The notes beneath the pieces are model-generated. The model saw nothing but the letters and a program-made list of their open reading frames with translations, was not told the origin of the DNA and made no database searches. The position numbers and the translations under genes are program-made. Of a stretch of 41,081 nucleotides of DNA, positions 18,852 through 27,885 are shown in pieces (within the stretch, counting starts at the first letter, position 1; each line of letters opens with the position of its first letter). This stretch comes from Polyangiaceae bacterium (lineage in GTDB: Bacteria > Myxococcota_A > Polyangia > Polyangiales > Polyangiaceae), in assembly GCA_044222475.1 (NCBI GenBank), contig JBGANF010000067.1, positions 1 to 41,081 of the forward strand, written 5' to 3'.

Positions 18852-20440
18852 TGCGTCGCTTCGTCGTCGTCTTCCTCCTGGCGTGCAACGGCGGCTCGGA
18901 CCCCGCGGTCGACGCCGGCGTGGACGCTCCATCGGGGCCGTGGCGGAGCTCGCTCTACCCCGCGGATTGGACGCCCGGCTTCCAGGACCCCGAAGGCCGG
19001 CGCCTGCCCGATTTTTCGTATGCAGGATACAAGTATGGTGACGCGGTGCCGGTCGTCGCCGGGCCGACCGTCGACGTCGGCACCTACGGCGCGCTCGGCG
19101 ACGGCACGACCGACGACGGCCCGGCGATTCAGGCCGCCGTCGACGCCGCGTCGAAGGGGGGCGTGATTCGGTTCGACGCGAAGCCGTACCGCATCGCGAC
19201 GCCCGTCGTCGTCCGCACGTCGGGCATCGTGCTGCGCGGCGCCGGTCGCGGCAAGACGCGGCTCTTCATCGAGCACGTCACCGCGTCGCCGCCGGAGTAC
19301 CTCCGCTTCGAAGGGGCCGAGAAGCTCGGCCCGGACGACCTCTTGGCGTCCGACGCGCGGGGCGGCGATTCCTCGGTCGTCGTCAGCGATCCGTCCGTGT
19401 TCAAGACCGGCGACGAAGTCGCGGTGGGCTTCGTCGTCACGGATGCCTTCGTCGCCGCCCACGGGATGACCGGCGTGTGGTCGCAGTTCAACGGCCAGTG
19501 GCGGCCGTTCTTCCACCGTCGCGTCGTGTCGGTCGACGTCGTCGCTCGTCGGGTCGTGCTCGACGTACCCCTCAGGTACGACGTGCTCGTGCGCGACGGC
19601 GCGAGCGTCCGGAGCGAGACCGGGTTCCTCCACGACGTCGGGATCGAGGACCTGACGTTGGGCGACGCGGGCGACTACGACCGAGCCTGGACCCGCGATC
19701 GCCTGCACGCGCTCTCGTTTCACGCCGTCGCCGACGCGTGGGCCGTCCGCCTCGACTCGGCCGCCCCGCCGTGGGCGCGCGACGAGGCCGGCGCTCCGAC
19801 GGATCGGTTCCACTTCGAGAGCGGCGGCGTCTTCGTCGACCTCTCGGCGCGCGTGACGCTCCGCGATCTGTCGTTCGCGGGGGCGCAGAACCGGGGCGGC
19901 GGCGGCGACGGCTACCTCGTCGAGCTGTCGCGGTCCAACGAGGTCCTCGTGGCGGACGCGGTCGTCCGGCGTGGCCGGCACAACTTCATCCAGAACTGGG
20001 ACTTCGGCACGAGCGGCTGCGTCTTCCTTCGGACGACGTCCCAAGATGGGATCTCGATGTCGTCCAAGGGCGACACGCTCGGGCTCACCGGCACGAGCGA
20101 GTTCCATCACTCGCTCGCGATGGAGAACCTCATCGACGATTCGGTCGCGGACGACGGCTGGAAGTGCATCAACCGGGGGCTCGAGAGCTCGGGCGCTGGC
20201 CACGCCGGCACGAGCAACGTGTTCTGGAACGTGCGAGGGAAGGGGATCCTGACCTCGAAGCAGTACCGCTTCGGGTACGTCGTGGGCACGGGACCGGAGC
20301 TCGTCGTCGACACGCGCATCGAAGCGATCACTGGCGCGGGGACGGAGCCGGAAGACTGGGTCGAGGGTGCGGGGCGGGCGAGCACCCTCGTTCCACAGTC
20401 GCTCTACGAGGACCAGCGCTTGCGGCGACTCTCGCGCTAG
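18851..20440 (+). CDS. Lipoprotein with right-handed beta-helix (pectate lyase superfamily / GH55-like N-terminus)
   Basis: FLLAC lipobox; LPDFSYAGY; YGALGDGTTDDGPAIQAAVD; IVLRGAG; GRHN; SLYEDQ terminus. TGATG coupling to the kelch gene. Confidence 0.82.
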   Translation: MRRFVVVFLLACNGGSDPAVDAGVDAPSGPWRSSLYPADWTPGFQDPEGRRLPDFSYAGYKYGDAVPVVAGPTVDVGTYGALGDGTTDDGPAIQAAVDAASKGGVIRFDAKPYRIATPVVVRTSGIVLRGAGRGKTRLFIEHVTASPPEYLRFEGAEKLGPDDLLASDARGGDSSVVVSDPSVFKTGDEVAVGFVVTDAFVAAHGMTGVWSQFNGQWRPFFHRRVVSVDVVARRVVLDVPLRYDVLVRDGASVRSETGFLHDVGIEDLTLGDAGDYDRAWTRDRLHALSFHAVADAWAVRLDSAAPPWARDEAGAPTDRFHFESGGVFVDLSARVTLRDLSFAGAQNRGGGGDGYLVELSRSNEVLVADAVVRRGRHNFIQNWDFGTSGCVFLRTTSQDGISMSSKGDTLGLTGTSEFHHSLAMENLIDDSVADDGWKCINRGLESSGAGHAGTSNVFWNVRGKGILTSKQYRFGYVVGTGPELVVDTRIEAITGAGTEPEDWVEGAGRASTLVPQSLYEDQRLRRLSR

Positions 20441-20528
20441 CTAGTGCCGTCCGGCCGACATTTCGCCGGAATGTTTCCGACGGACGCGACTCACGACAAC
20501 GTCAACGATCGGAGTCGGGTCTCGTCGC

Positions 20529-21206
20529 TCACTTCGGCGGCCCCGAGGAGGACTTGAAGCCCAGCGTGATGCGCAGGAGCTTGCCCGGATCGTCGACGGT
20601 GTTCCCCATCGTCGAGCACGTGTTCAGGTTGCCGTCGATCGCCTTCCCGACGTCGCCGGGGATCGCGTTGTCGCCCAAGGCGACGAAGCTCGCGACGTAG
20701 TTGCCGTACTCCGGAGGCTGGCCGTTGTAGTTGAGCGCGATCTCGGCGAGGTTGAGGCCACCTCCCGCCGGGAGCTTGTACAGGAACACGCCGGCGATGG
20801 TGAGGTATGCGCCGTTCGCGTCGAAGTTGCCTTGGTCGTCGGAGTAGTAGACGTCGTAGTACTCGCTGTTGGCGCCCTTGATGTCGTTGTCCTGTGCCGA
20901 CATCGTCGCGATCTTCGTGTTCATCTCGGGCCCGTTCACGGTGAACGTGTACGAGTTCACCGCGCCGGTCGTCTCGAAGTAGGTGATCGACACGAGGCCG
21001 GGGATCGCCTTCACCGGCGTCTTCGGGGTCGAGACGTCGGGCAACACGATCGGTGAATCGACCACGACGTCGGCCGGGGCGTCGCTGGCGCTCGCATCGG
21101 TCGGCCCGGCGTCGACGAAGGTCGACGGAGCGGAGGAGCCGCACCCTGCGAGCGCGGCGAGGGCAACGAGAGACAGCGCGCCGAGGCCGGTGGCCAGAGC
21201 CTTCAT
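20529..21206 (-). CDS. Hypothetical lipoprotein
   Basis: MKALATGLGALSLVALAALAGC lipobox, Asp-rich linker, beta-rich domain with AIDGNLNT. Confidence 0.78.
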   Translation of the reverse strand: MKALATGLGALSLVALAALAGCGSSAPSTFVDAGPTDASASDAPADVVVDSPIVLPDVSTPKTPVKAIPGLVSITYFETTGAVNSYTFTVNGPEMNTKIATMSAQDNDIKGANSEYYDVYYSDDQGNFDANGAYLTIAGVFLYKLPAGGGLNLAEIALNYNGQPPEYGNYVASFVALGDNAIPGDVGKAIDGNLNTCSTMGNTVDDPGKLLRITLGFKSSSGPPK

Positions 21207-21331
21207 CGCGACGAATGTTCCTCCATCGGTCGTTCCGCCGCAATCGAGCGCCGGAAATCCGCCTGATTGACGCGATGCGTCACGGGTTGACGGCTGCTCC
21301 ATCGGAGCACTCCCGCTACACTTGCCGAACG

Positions 21332-24300
21332 ATGCGTTCTCTCCGCGATCGGCTGTCTTTGCTTGGCCTCGGCGTGCTCGCCATCAGCGCATGCGCCGAC
21401 ATCGATACGTCACGAACGCTGCCCCCGCGCGGCACGATCGGCGAGGAGGTCTATGGGGCCTTCTGCGACCGCCTCGCCGCCGGCCAGCTCCGTGAGGATC
21501 TCACCGGCGACTCGTTCCGCGCCGTCTGCCACAAGGTGAACGGCGCCTACGCCGACAAGGTCAACGAGTCGCTCCTCCCGCCCCCCACGAGCGACGCCGT
21601 CGACGAGCAGGGCAACCCGGTATCGATCCAGAAGCAACAGGAGGACCGCGCCCGCTCGCTCGGTCGCATCGGCGCACTCGTTCGGCGCCGCGCCGAGCTC
21701 ATCAACGCGATCGACACGGCGATCCCCGACGTGAAGGTCCCGATCAAGGACGTGAACAACCCCGACCTGTCGCGGACCTGCATGGCGCCGAACGGACCGG
21801 GTGAAGACAAGCTCGGCCGCCAGGTGGCGGACATGCTGGCCCGCTTCCAGATGCTCTACAACGACGGGACGATGCCGCAGTCGACGCGCTCGCTCGCCGA
21901 GCTCCTCGCTGCCATCGAAGCCGACCCCGAGGCCCAGGCCGCCCTCGCGCGCGTGGGGGCGCGCCTCGGCTATCGCCCGGTCGAGACGTCGTTCGGCGCC
22001 GCACGACCCGCGATGTCGTACCCGCGCTTGCGCGATCTCGCCAACGCGACGCTCAGCGTGATCTCCAGCGACTCGAAGCCCTACGATCCGAACCCCAAGC
22101 TCGACGAGGCCGGCAACCGAATCCCGGTCCCCGGCCCCGCAGCGTCCCAGTTTGGGATGGTGCTCCAGGTGATGCAGCAGGAGCTCCGCACCGCGAAGGC
22201 CGATCCGGTCTCGCCCGCGCTCGGCATCTCGGCCGACCCCCTCGCCGATCGCAACGTCCTCACCCGCCCGCGCGACACGCTCGAAGCCATCGGCGAGGTC
22301 ATGATGGCCGAGGACCCGGCGTTCGGTGGCGGCACCTCGCGCTACATCGTCCGCCGCGATCGCCGCGGGTTCGCCAACGTGCTGAAGACCAACAACGTCC
22401 TCCCTTCGCCGTTCGTCGACAAGGACGCCGACGGCCTCGCCGACGTCGACCCGCTCGGCCGCTTCGTGTCGTCGTCCGGCACGGCACCGCCGTCGCCGTT
22501 CTTCGCCGTCGGTGCTCCGCCGGCCGCCTCGTACGACCCGTTCAACCGCTCGCTCGCGGGCAACGCGCTCCTGTACGACTACATCGACACGAGCCACACG
22601 TTCACCGCGGCGATGATGGGGAACCTCAAGCCGCTCGTGAACCCGGACGTGAAGTCGAAGCACGAGTCGCTCATGTACATGCTCGGCGGCGCCTGGCGCA
22701 TCATGGGCGAGCGTGACGGCTTCGCGAAGACCAACAAGGTCTACGGCGACTCGAAGACCGGCCAGGTCACCGTCACCTACGACGCGTACCTCGCGGACAA
22801 GTCGCCAGTGCTCGACCTCGTGTACGCGCTCGGCAACGTCATCGGCGACCCGGCCACCGACGCCACCCTCGAGTACACGAAGATCCTGATGCAACAGCAC
22901 GAGCCCGAGCTCGCGCGCGTCGCGAAGGGAGCGCTCGACTTCAAGGACGTCGCCGACAAACACCCCGAGGCGAAGATCCCGCTCAAGTCGACCTTCTGGG
23001 ACGAGATGATCGACGTGCTCGTTCAGATCGGCAAGGTCCCGGGCCTCCTCGAGGACGTCCTCCGTTCGATGCAAGGCCCCGAGTCGGCTCGCCTCGGCGG
23101 CATCTACTCGAACTACATGACCTTCAAGGACCGCATCTCCTACGATCGGAACAACCTGAACGGTCCCGCGTGGAACTTCGACAAGGGCTCTACGACCGAG
23201 ATGGCGACGCCCGTCGATCGGACGAAGGCGCTCACCGGCGCCAACCGAAGCGCGTTCCACAAGTTCGTCCAGGCGATCCACGACTCGAACGGGGTCACCG
23301 CCTGCAACAAGCAGGGGGCCGTCGTTCGCGCCGTCCTAGGCTCGATCAACGTCACGATGCCGATCGTCGGATCGTACTCCGAGTGCGAGGTGTTCAAGAT
23401 CGACAACCTCGCCAAGTTCTACCTCGACTCGATCATCGGCAAGGCGTCGCTCTACCTCCGCAACGACACCCTGCGCAACGGCATCCTCGGCATCGGCGCC
23501 GCGACCGTCGGCCTGATGGAGCAGTCGAGCGGCATCACCGGCTTCTGGGATGCGTCCGGCTCGAAGACCTTGCGGCCGACGCCGTACTTCCTGAACCGCC
23601 AGGTGTTCTTCGACATCGACAAGGACAGCCCGAACCCCGGTGACAAGAACTACAAGACGAACCGTTTCCTCAAGGACCTCATGGGGGCGCACTCCGTCGG
23701 GACCTCGGTCTGCCCGGAGAAGGTGATCCCCGATCCGGTGCCCGGCGCGCCCGACGCGTCGAGTGACGGCCTCGTCCACGGGCTCCGCCAGTGCCAGAGC
23801 GGTGACTGGCTCGATCAGCGCGACCCCGACGCGACGATGGTCTGGGAGAACTTCGGCTTCTACACGGCGATGGTCCCGCTCATCACCGCGTTCGCCAACA
23901 AGGGCCGCGAGGACCTCCTGCTCTCCATGATGGAGGTCTGGTACCGCCACTGGCCCGACTCCACCGCGTCCAAGAGCGAGTGCGACCCCACCGGCAGCAT
24001 CAAGACGAACCCGCGCTGGTGCGCCCAGAGCGGCGTCGTGAGCTACGAGCCGCTCCTGGCAGAGGGGCTCAAGGGTGACATCCTCGTCGCCCTCGGCGAG
24101 CTGACGAAGATCCTCGACACCCAGACGATGGCCAAGTGCACCGCGGTCGACACCGTCACCCACAAGTGCACGGCGACGACCACCGTCGACGGGACGGACG
24201 TGATGGCGGCGGCGACGCGCTCGCTGGTCGATCCCGATCTCGCGAAGGCGATCAACCTCATCGATCGCACGGGAGCGAAGACGTCGCTCCGCAACGACGG

Positions 24301-25252
24301 AACGACGAACGCCCAGGTGACGCCGATCTACCTGCTCACCCAGGCGCTCTCCGGCATCGACAAGATCTTCGCCGACGCGATCGCCAAGGATCCCGCCGAG
24401 CAAGAGCGGCTCGACAACTGGCGTCGTGGCCGGTCGCAGCTCGTCGATCAGTTCCTGCAAGTCAGCGGGACTGGCGCCTCGTCGAAGTTCGCCGACCCGG
24501 CCATCCCCAAGATCACCCCGACCCTCATCGGGATGCTCCGCGCGCAGATGCTCGCCCACTGCCCGGACTCGTTCGCTCCGCCGTTCAAGCGCTGCGCGTG
24601 GGCTCGCGACGAGCTCGCGACGAGCCTCGCCGACCGCGTGAAAGGCCCGATGTTGGCGACCACGCTCGACCTGCTCGAGGCCATCCGCAAGGACGAGGGC
24701 GCTCGCTCCGAGATGGAAGCGCTGCTCCAGTACCTCGTCGACGCGGGCTCCGGCAACGACGCGCTGGCGGCGCTCCTCGCGACGTCGGCGGACATCCTCC
24801 AAGTCCTCCGCGACGACCAGAACATCGTCCCGATCTTCCACGCCATCTCCCCGGCGCTCGCGCCGAGCGTGAAGGACGCGAACGGAAACGTGACGAAGAA
24901 GAGCCTCGTCGACGCACAGCTCGCGCTCCTCGCCAAGGTGAGCGGGAAGTACATCGCGCAAGGCGGCAACGAGATCTGCGCCTACGAGCGCGACCCGAAC
25001 CAGATCCTCACCCAGGTCCTCACGCGGCTCCTCACGCCGATGAAGGACAAGAGCGGGCGCAACACCCAGGCCCCGCTCGAGGTGATCATGGACGTCGTCG
25101 CCGACGTCAACCGCGTCGACCCCGCGCGCACCGACAAGCTCGACGCGCCCGACTACAAGAACGTCTCCCATGAAGTGAACGATTTCCTCCTGAACAAGGA
25201 GCGAGGTCTCGAGCAGTTCTACGAGATCGTGCGGCGAGGAACCGAAGAGTGA
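21332..25252 (+). CDS. Very large hypothetical lipoprotein (1306 aa)
   Basis: LLGLGVLAISAC lipobox; strong codon bias throughout; DKDADGLAD Ca-binding-like loop. Stop overlaps the FadL start. Confidence 0.88.
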   Translation: MRSLRDRLSLLGLGVLAISACADIDTSRTLPPRGTIGEEVYGAFCDRLAAGQLREDLTGDSFRAVCHKVNGAYADKVNESLLPPPTSDAVDEQGNPVSIQKQQEDRARSLGRIGALVRRRAELINAIDTAIPDVKVPIKDVNNPDLSRTCMAPNGPGEDKLGRQVADMLARFQMLYNDGTMPQSTRSLAELLAAIEADPEAQAALARVGARLGYRPVETSFGAARPAMSYPRLRDLANATLSVISSDSKPYDPNPKLDEAGNRIPVPGPAASQFGMVLQVMQQELRTAKADPVSPALGISADPLADRNVLTRPRDTLEAIGEVMMAEDPAFGGGTSRYIVRRDRRGFANVLKTNNVLPSPFVDKDADGLADVDPLGRFVSSSGTAPPSPFFAVGAPPAASYDPFNRSLAGNALLYDYIDTSHTFTAAMMGNLKPLVNPDVKSKHESLMYMLGGAWRIMGERDGFAKTNKVYGDSKTGQVTVTYDAYLADKSPVLDLVYALGNVIGDPATDATLEYTKILMQQHEPELARVAKGALDFKDVADKHPEAKIPLKSTFWDEMIDVLVQIGKVPGLLEDVLRSMQGPESARLGGIYSNYMTFKDRISYDRNNLNGPAWNFDKGSTTEMATPVDRTKALTGANRSAFHKFVQAIHDSNGVTACNKQGAVVRAVLGSINVTMPIVGSYSECEVFKIDNLAKFYLDSIIGKASLYLRNDTLRNGILGIGAATVGLMEQSSGITGFWDASGSKTLRPTPYFLNRQVFFDIDKDSPNPGDKNYKTNRFLKDLMGAHSVGTSVCPEKVIPDPVPGAPDASSDGLVHGLRQCQSGDWLDQRDPDATMVWENFGFYTAMVPLITAFANKGREDLLLSMMEVWYRHWPDSTASKSECDPTGSIKTNPRWCAQSGVVSYEPLLAEGLKGDILVALGELTKILDTQTMAKCTAVDTVTHKCTATTTVDGTDVMAAATRSLVDPDLAKAINLIDRTGAKTSLRNDGTTNAQVTPIYLLTQALSGIDKIFADAIAKDPAEQERLDNWRRGRSQLVDQFLQVSGTGASSKFADPAIPKITPTLIGMLRAQMLAHCPDSFAPPFKRCAWARDELATSLADRVKGPMLATTLDLLEAIRKDEGARSEMEALLQYLVDAGSGNDALAALLATSADILQVLRDDQNIVPIFHAISPALAPSVKDANGNVTKKSLVDAQLALLAKVSGKYIAQGGNEICAYERDPNQILTQVLTRLLTPMKDKSGRNTQAPLEVIMDVVADVNRVDPARTDKLDAPDYKNVSHEVNDFLLNKERGLEQFYEIVRRGTEE

Positions 25253-26832
25253 GACATGGCCTCGTGGCCGCGGCAGCCATCGCCGCGGCCCTCTCGATCA
25301 CGTCCGGCGCCGACGCCGCCGGTTTGTTCCACTCCGAGCGCGGCGTGCGCCCGCTCGCGCGCGGCGGTGCGTTCGTCGCCGGCGCCGACGACCTGGGGGC
25401 GATTTGGTACAACCCCGCGGGCCTGAGCTACGCCGGCACCGGCCTCATGCTCGACCTCGGCATCCTGATCCACGGGGCGACCTACAGCCGCGAATCGCAG
25501 GTCGTGGACTCCGGCGGTACGGTGCGCACGTACCGCTTTCCCGAGGTCTCGGGCTCGGGCGTGCCCCTCCCGACGCCGACGATCGCCGCGTCGATCACCG
25601 TCGGCGATCGACGCGAGTGGACGCTCGCGTTCGGTGCGTACGCCCCGTACACCCCGATCGCGAAGTGGCCCGAGAAGCTGGAGGACGGAACGCCGGCGCC
25701 GCAGCGCTACTCGATCATCTCGCTCGACGGCACGGTCCTCCTCGACACCGGGCTCTACGCGGCGTGGCACCCAGTGGAGCCGCTGCGCGTCGGGCTCGGG
25801 CTCAACTTCCTCGTCGGGAGCTTCCAGAACCTCACGTACTTCAACGCCAACCCGGACGATCGCTTCCTCGGCGCTCCCGAGGACCCAAGCTACGACTCGC
25901 TCACCCTGACGAGGGCCACGGTGTTCACGCCTTCGGCGAGCGCCGGCATCACCTACGAGCCCTCCAAGTTCATCCGCTTCGGGCTCAGCGGGCACTTGCC
26001 GTACTGGATCAACGCTCCGGCGACGCTCCAGGTGCGCCTGCCGACGGCCGCACCGTTCGACAACGCGACCCTCGACGGCGACGCCGCGCGGGTGAAGCTC
26101 CGCTTGCCCGGCGTGATCCGCGCCGGCGTCGAGGTGCGGCCCATCCCGCCGCTGCGCGTCGAGGTCGCGTACGTCTACGAGGCGTGGGGTCTCCACGACT
26201 CGATCGACATCACGCCCACCGGCGCACTCCGCGGTGTCACCGGGTTTCCGAGCCCGTTCTCCCTGGCGACCATCCGCATCCCGCGCAACTTCCAGGACAC
26301 GCACTCGGTCCGTCTCGGCGGCGAGTACCAAGTTGGGATTAGCGAATCGGTCAAGCTCGACCTGCGACTCGGCGGCAGCTTCGAGACGAGCGCCGCGCCG
26401 GTCCCCTACGTCTCGGCCTTCACCCTCGACGCCATGAAGGGGAGCGTCGGCCTGGGCGCCGGGCTGCGCATCGGCGACCGGTGGCGGTTCGACGTCATGT
26501 ACTCGCACATGTTCTTTCCCCAGGTCGTCGTCCCAGCGAAGGACGCTCAGGTCCCTGGCATCAACCCGGTCGTCGGCAACCCGACGAAGCTCGAGGCGGT
26601 GAACGGTGGCGTCTACAACTGGCACACCGACGTCGTCGGTCTGGGCTTCACTTATGCCTTCGATCCGATGCCGGCCGAAGGCGTGAAGCCGCCCGAGCCG
26701 AAGCCCGAGGCCGATCCGAAGCCAAAACCCCCGCCGAAGCCGGCTCGCGAGACCGACGAGGAGCGCGCCGAGCGCGAGGCGAAGGAACCGGACCCCGCGG
26801 ACAAACCTCCGCCCAAGCCCAAGAAGAAATGA
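25249..26832 (+). CDS. fadL: FadL/OmpP1/TodX-family outer-membrane transporter with Pro/Lys-rich C-terminal extension
   Basis: Signal peptide ending ADA/AGLF, LARGGAFVAGADD, WYNPAGL (NPA motif), alternating beta-strands, last strand GLGFTYAF. Confidence 0.85.
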   Translation: MRHGLVAAAAIAAALSITSGADAAGLFHSERGVRPLARGGAFVAGADDLGAIWYNPAGLSYAGTGLMLDLGILIHGATYSRESQVVDSGGTVRTYRFPEVSGSGVPLPTPTIAASITVGDRREWTLAFGAYAPYTPIAKWPEKLEDGTPAPQRYSIISLDGTVLLDTGLYAAWHPVEPLRVGLGLNFLVGSFQNLTYFNANPDDRFLGAPEDPSYDSLTLTRATVFTPSASAGITYEPSKFIRFGLSGHLPYWINAPATLQVRLPTAAPFDNATLDGDAARVKLRLPGVIRAGVEVRPIPPLRVEVAYVYEAWGLHDSIDITPTGALRGVTGFPSPFSLATIRIPRNFQDTHSVRLGGEYQVGISESVKLDLRLGGSFETSAAPVPYVSAFTLDAMKGSVGLGAGLRIGDRWRFDVMYSHMFFPQVVVPAKDAQVPGINPVVGNPTKLEAVNGGVYNWHTDVVGLGFTYAFDPMPAEGVKPPEPKPEADPKPKPPPKPARETDEERAEREAKEPDPADKPPPKPKKK

Positions 26833-27791
26833 CCTCCGCGCGCCGCGTGCTCACCGTCGCAGTCGCGATCAGCGCTCCCGCGATCGTGCTCGTCGCATGC
26901 GGATCGCGCACTGGGCTTCTCGCGCCCGAGATCGACGACGCGGCGGTCGACGTCCGCCCGGACCGGCGCGACGCTGCGGGGGACCGCGACGCGAGAGACG
27001 CGACCGACGAGGACGCACTGCCCTCGATCGATGCGACCAAGGATGGCCCGAAGCCCCCGCCGCTCGGCTGCACCGACGCCGGCGCGACGCAGATCTACCT
27101 CATCACGTCGCAGAACGAGCTCCTCGCGTTCTATCCGCCGACACTGACGTTCACCAAGGTGGGGACCATCGCGTGTCCGGGCGCCGGAACCGCGACGCCG
27201 TTCTCGATGGGCGTCGATCGGGCCGGCATCGCGTACTCCGTCTTCAACGACGGGCGCCTCTTCCGCATCAGCACCGCGAATGCGTCCTGCCAGACGACGG
27301 CGTATCAGCCGAATCAGCTCGGCTTCCAAGTGTTCGGGATGGGCTACGCCGGAGACCAGATCTCCGAGAAGCTCTACGCCGCGGACTCGGATTTCAACAA
27401 CCCCTCGAAGGGCCTCGCGACCGTGGACACCGTGGCGTTCAAGCTCGGGCTCGTCGGGCAGTTCCAACCTCAGCTTCCGCGCTGCGAGCTCACCGGCACC
27501 GGGGACGGGCGCCTCTACGCGTTCTGCTTGAAGCAGAACACGTCCGGATCGATCGTCGCCGAGATCGATCGGACGAACGCGAAGGTCATCGCGGCCGACA
27601 ACCTCGTCCTCGGCAATCAGACCAACGCGTTCGCGTTCTCGTTCTGGGGCGGAGACTTCTACATCTTCACCTCGCCGGGCGGATCGTCGACCGTCACGAG
27701 GTACGACCTGCTCGCGAAGACGGAGACGGTGGTCGCCTCCCATCCGTCGACCATCGTGGGCGCCGGTGTGTCGACATGTGCACCGCAGTGA
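26829..27791 (+). CDS. Lipoprotein, predicted beta-propeller
   Basis: VLVAC-GSRTGL lipobox, Asp-rich linker, FSMGVDRAG, ELTGTGDGRLY, FAFSFWGGDFYIF, IVGAGVSTCAP. ATGA overlap. Confidence 0.82.
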   Translation: MTSARRVLTVAVAISAPAIVLVACGSRTGLLAPEIDDAAVDVRPDRRDAAGDRDARDATDEDALPSIDATKDGPKPPPLGCTDAGATQIYLITSQNELLAFYPPTLTFTKVGTIACPGAGTATPFSMGVDRAGIAYSVFNDGRLFRISTANASCQTTAYQPNQLGFQVFGMGYAGDQISEKLYAADSDFNNPSKGLATVDTVAFKLGLVGQFQPQLPRCELTGTGDGRLYAFCLKQNTSGSIVAEIDRTNAKVIAADNLVLGNQTNAFAFSFWGGDFYIFTSPGGSSTVTRYDLLAKTETVVASHPSTIVGAGVSTCAPQ

Positions 27792-27885
27792 TCACGCGAA
27801 GCGCAGCGGTGCACTTCGCGTGCACCGCCACGTGCGGCAACGCGGGGATTGACCCGGCGGCACGGGCATTGCTACGCAAGTGCCC

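Noticed and set aside
3456..20440. Apparent long N-terminal extensions or fusions in track ORFs 3456..5816, 7793..9829, 8905..10926, 11736..14405, 13442..15730 and 16946..20440
   Set aside because: The extensions are off-frame readings of neighbouring genes. True starts sit at stop/start overlaps or just before the first family motif.
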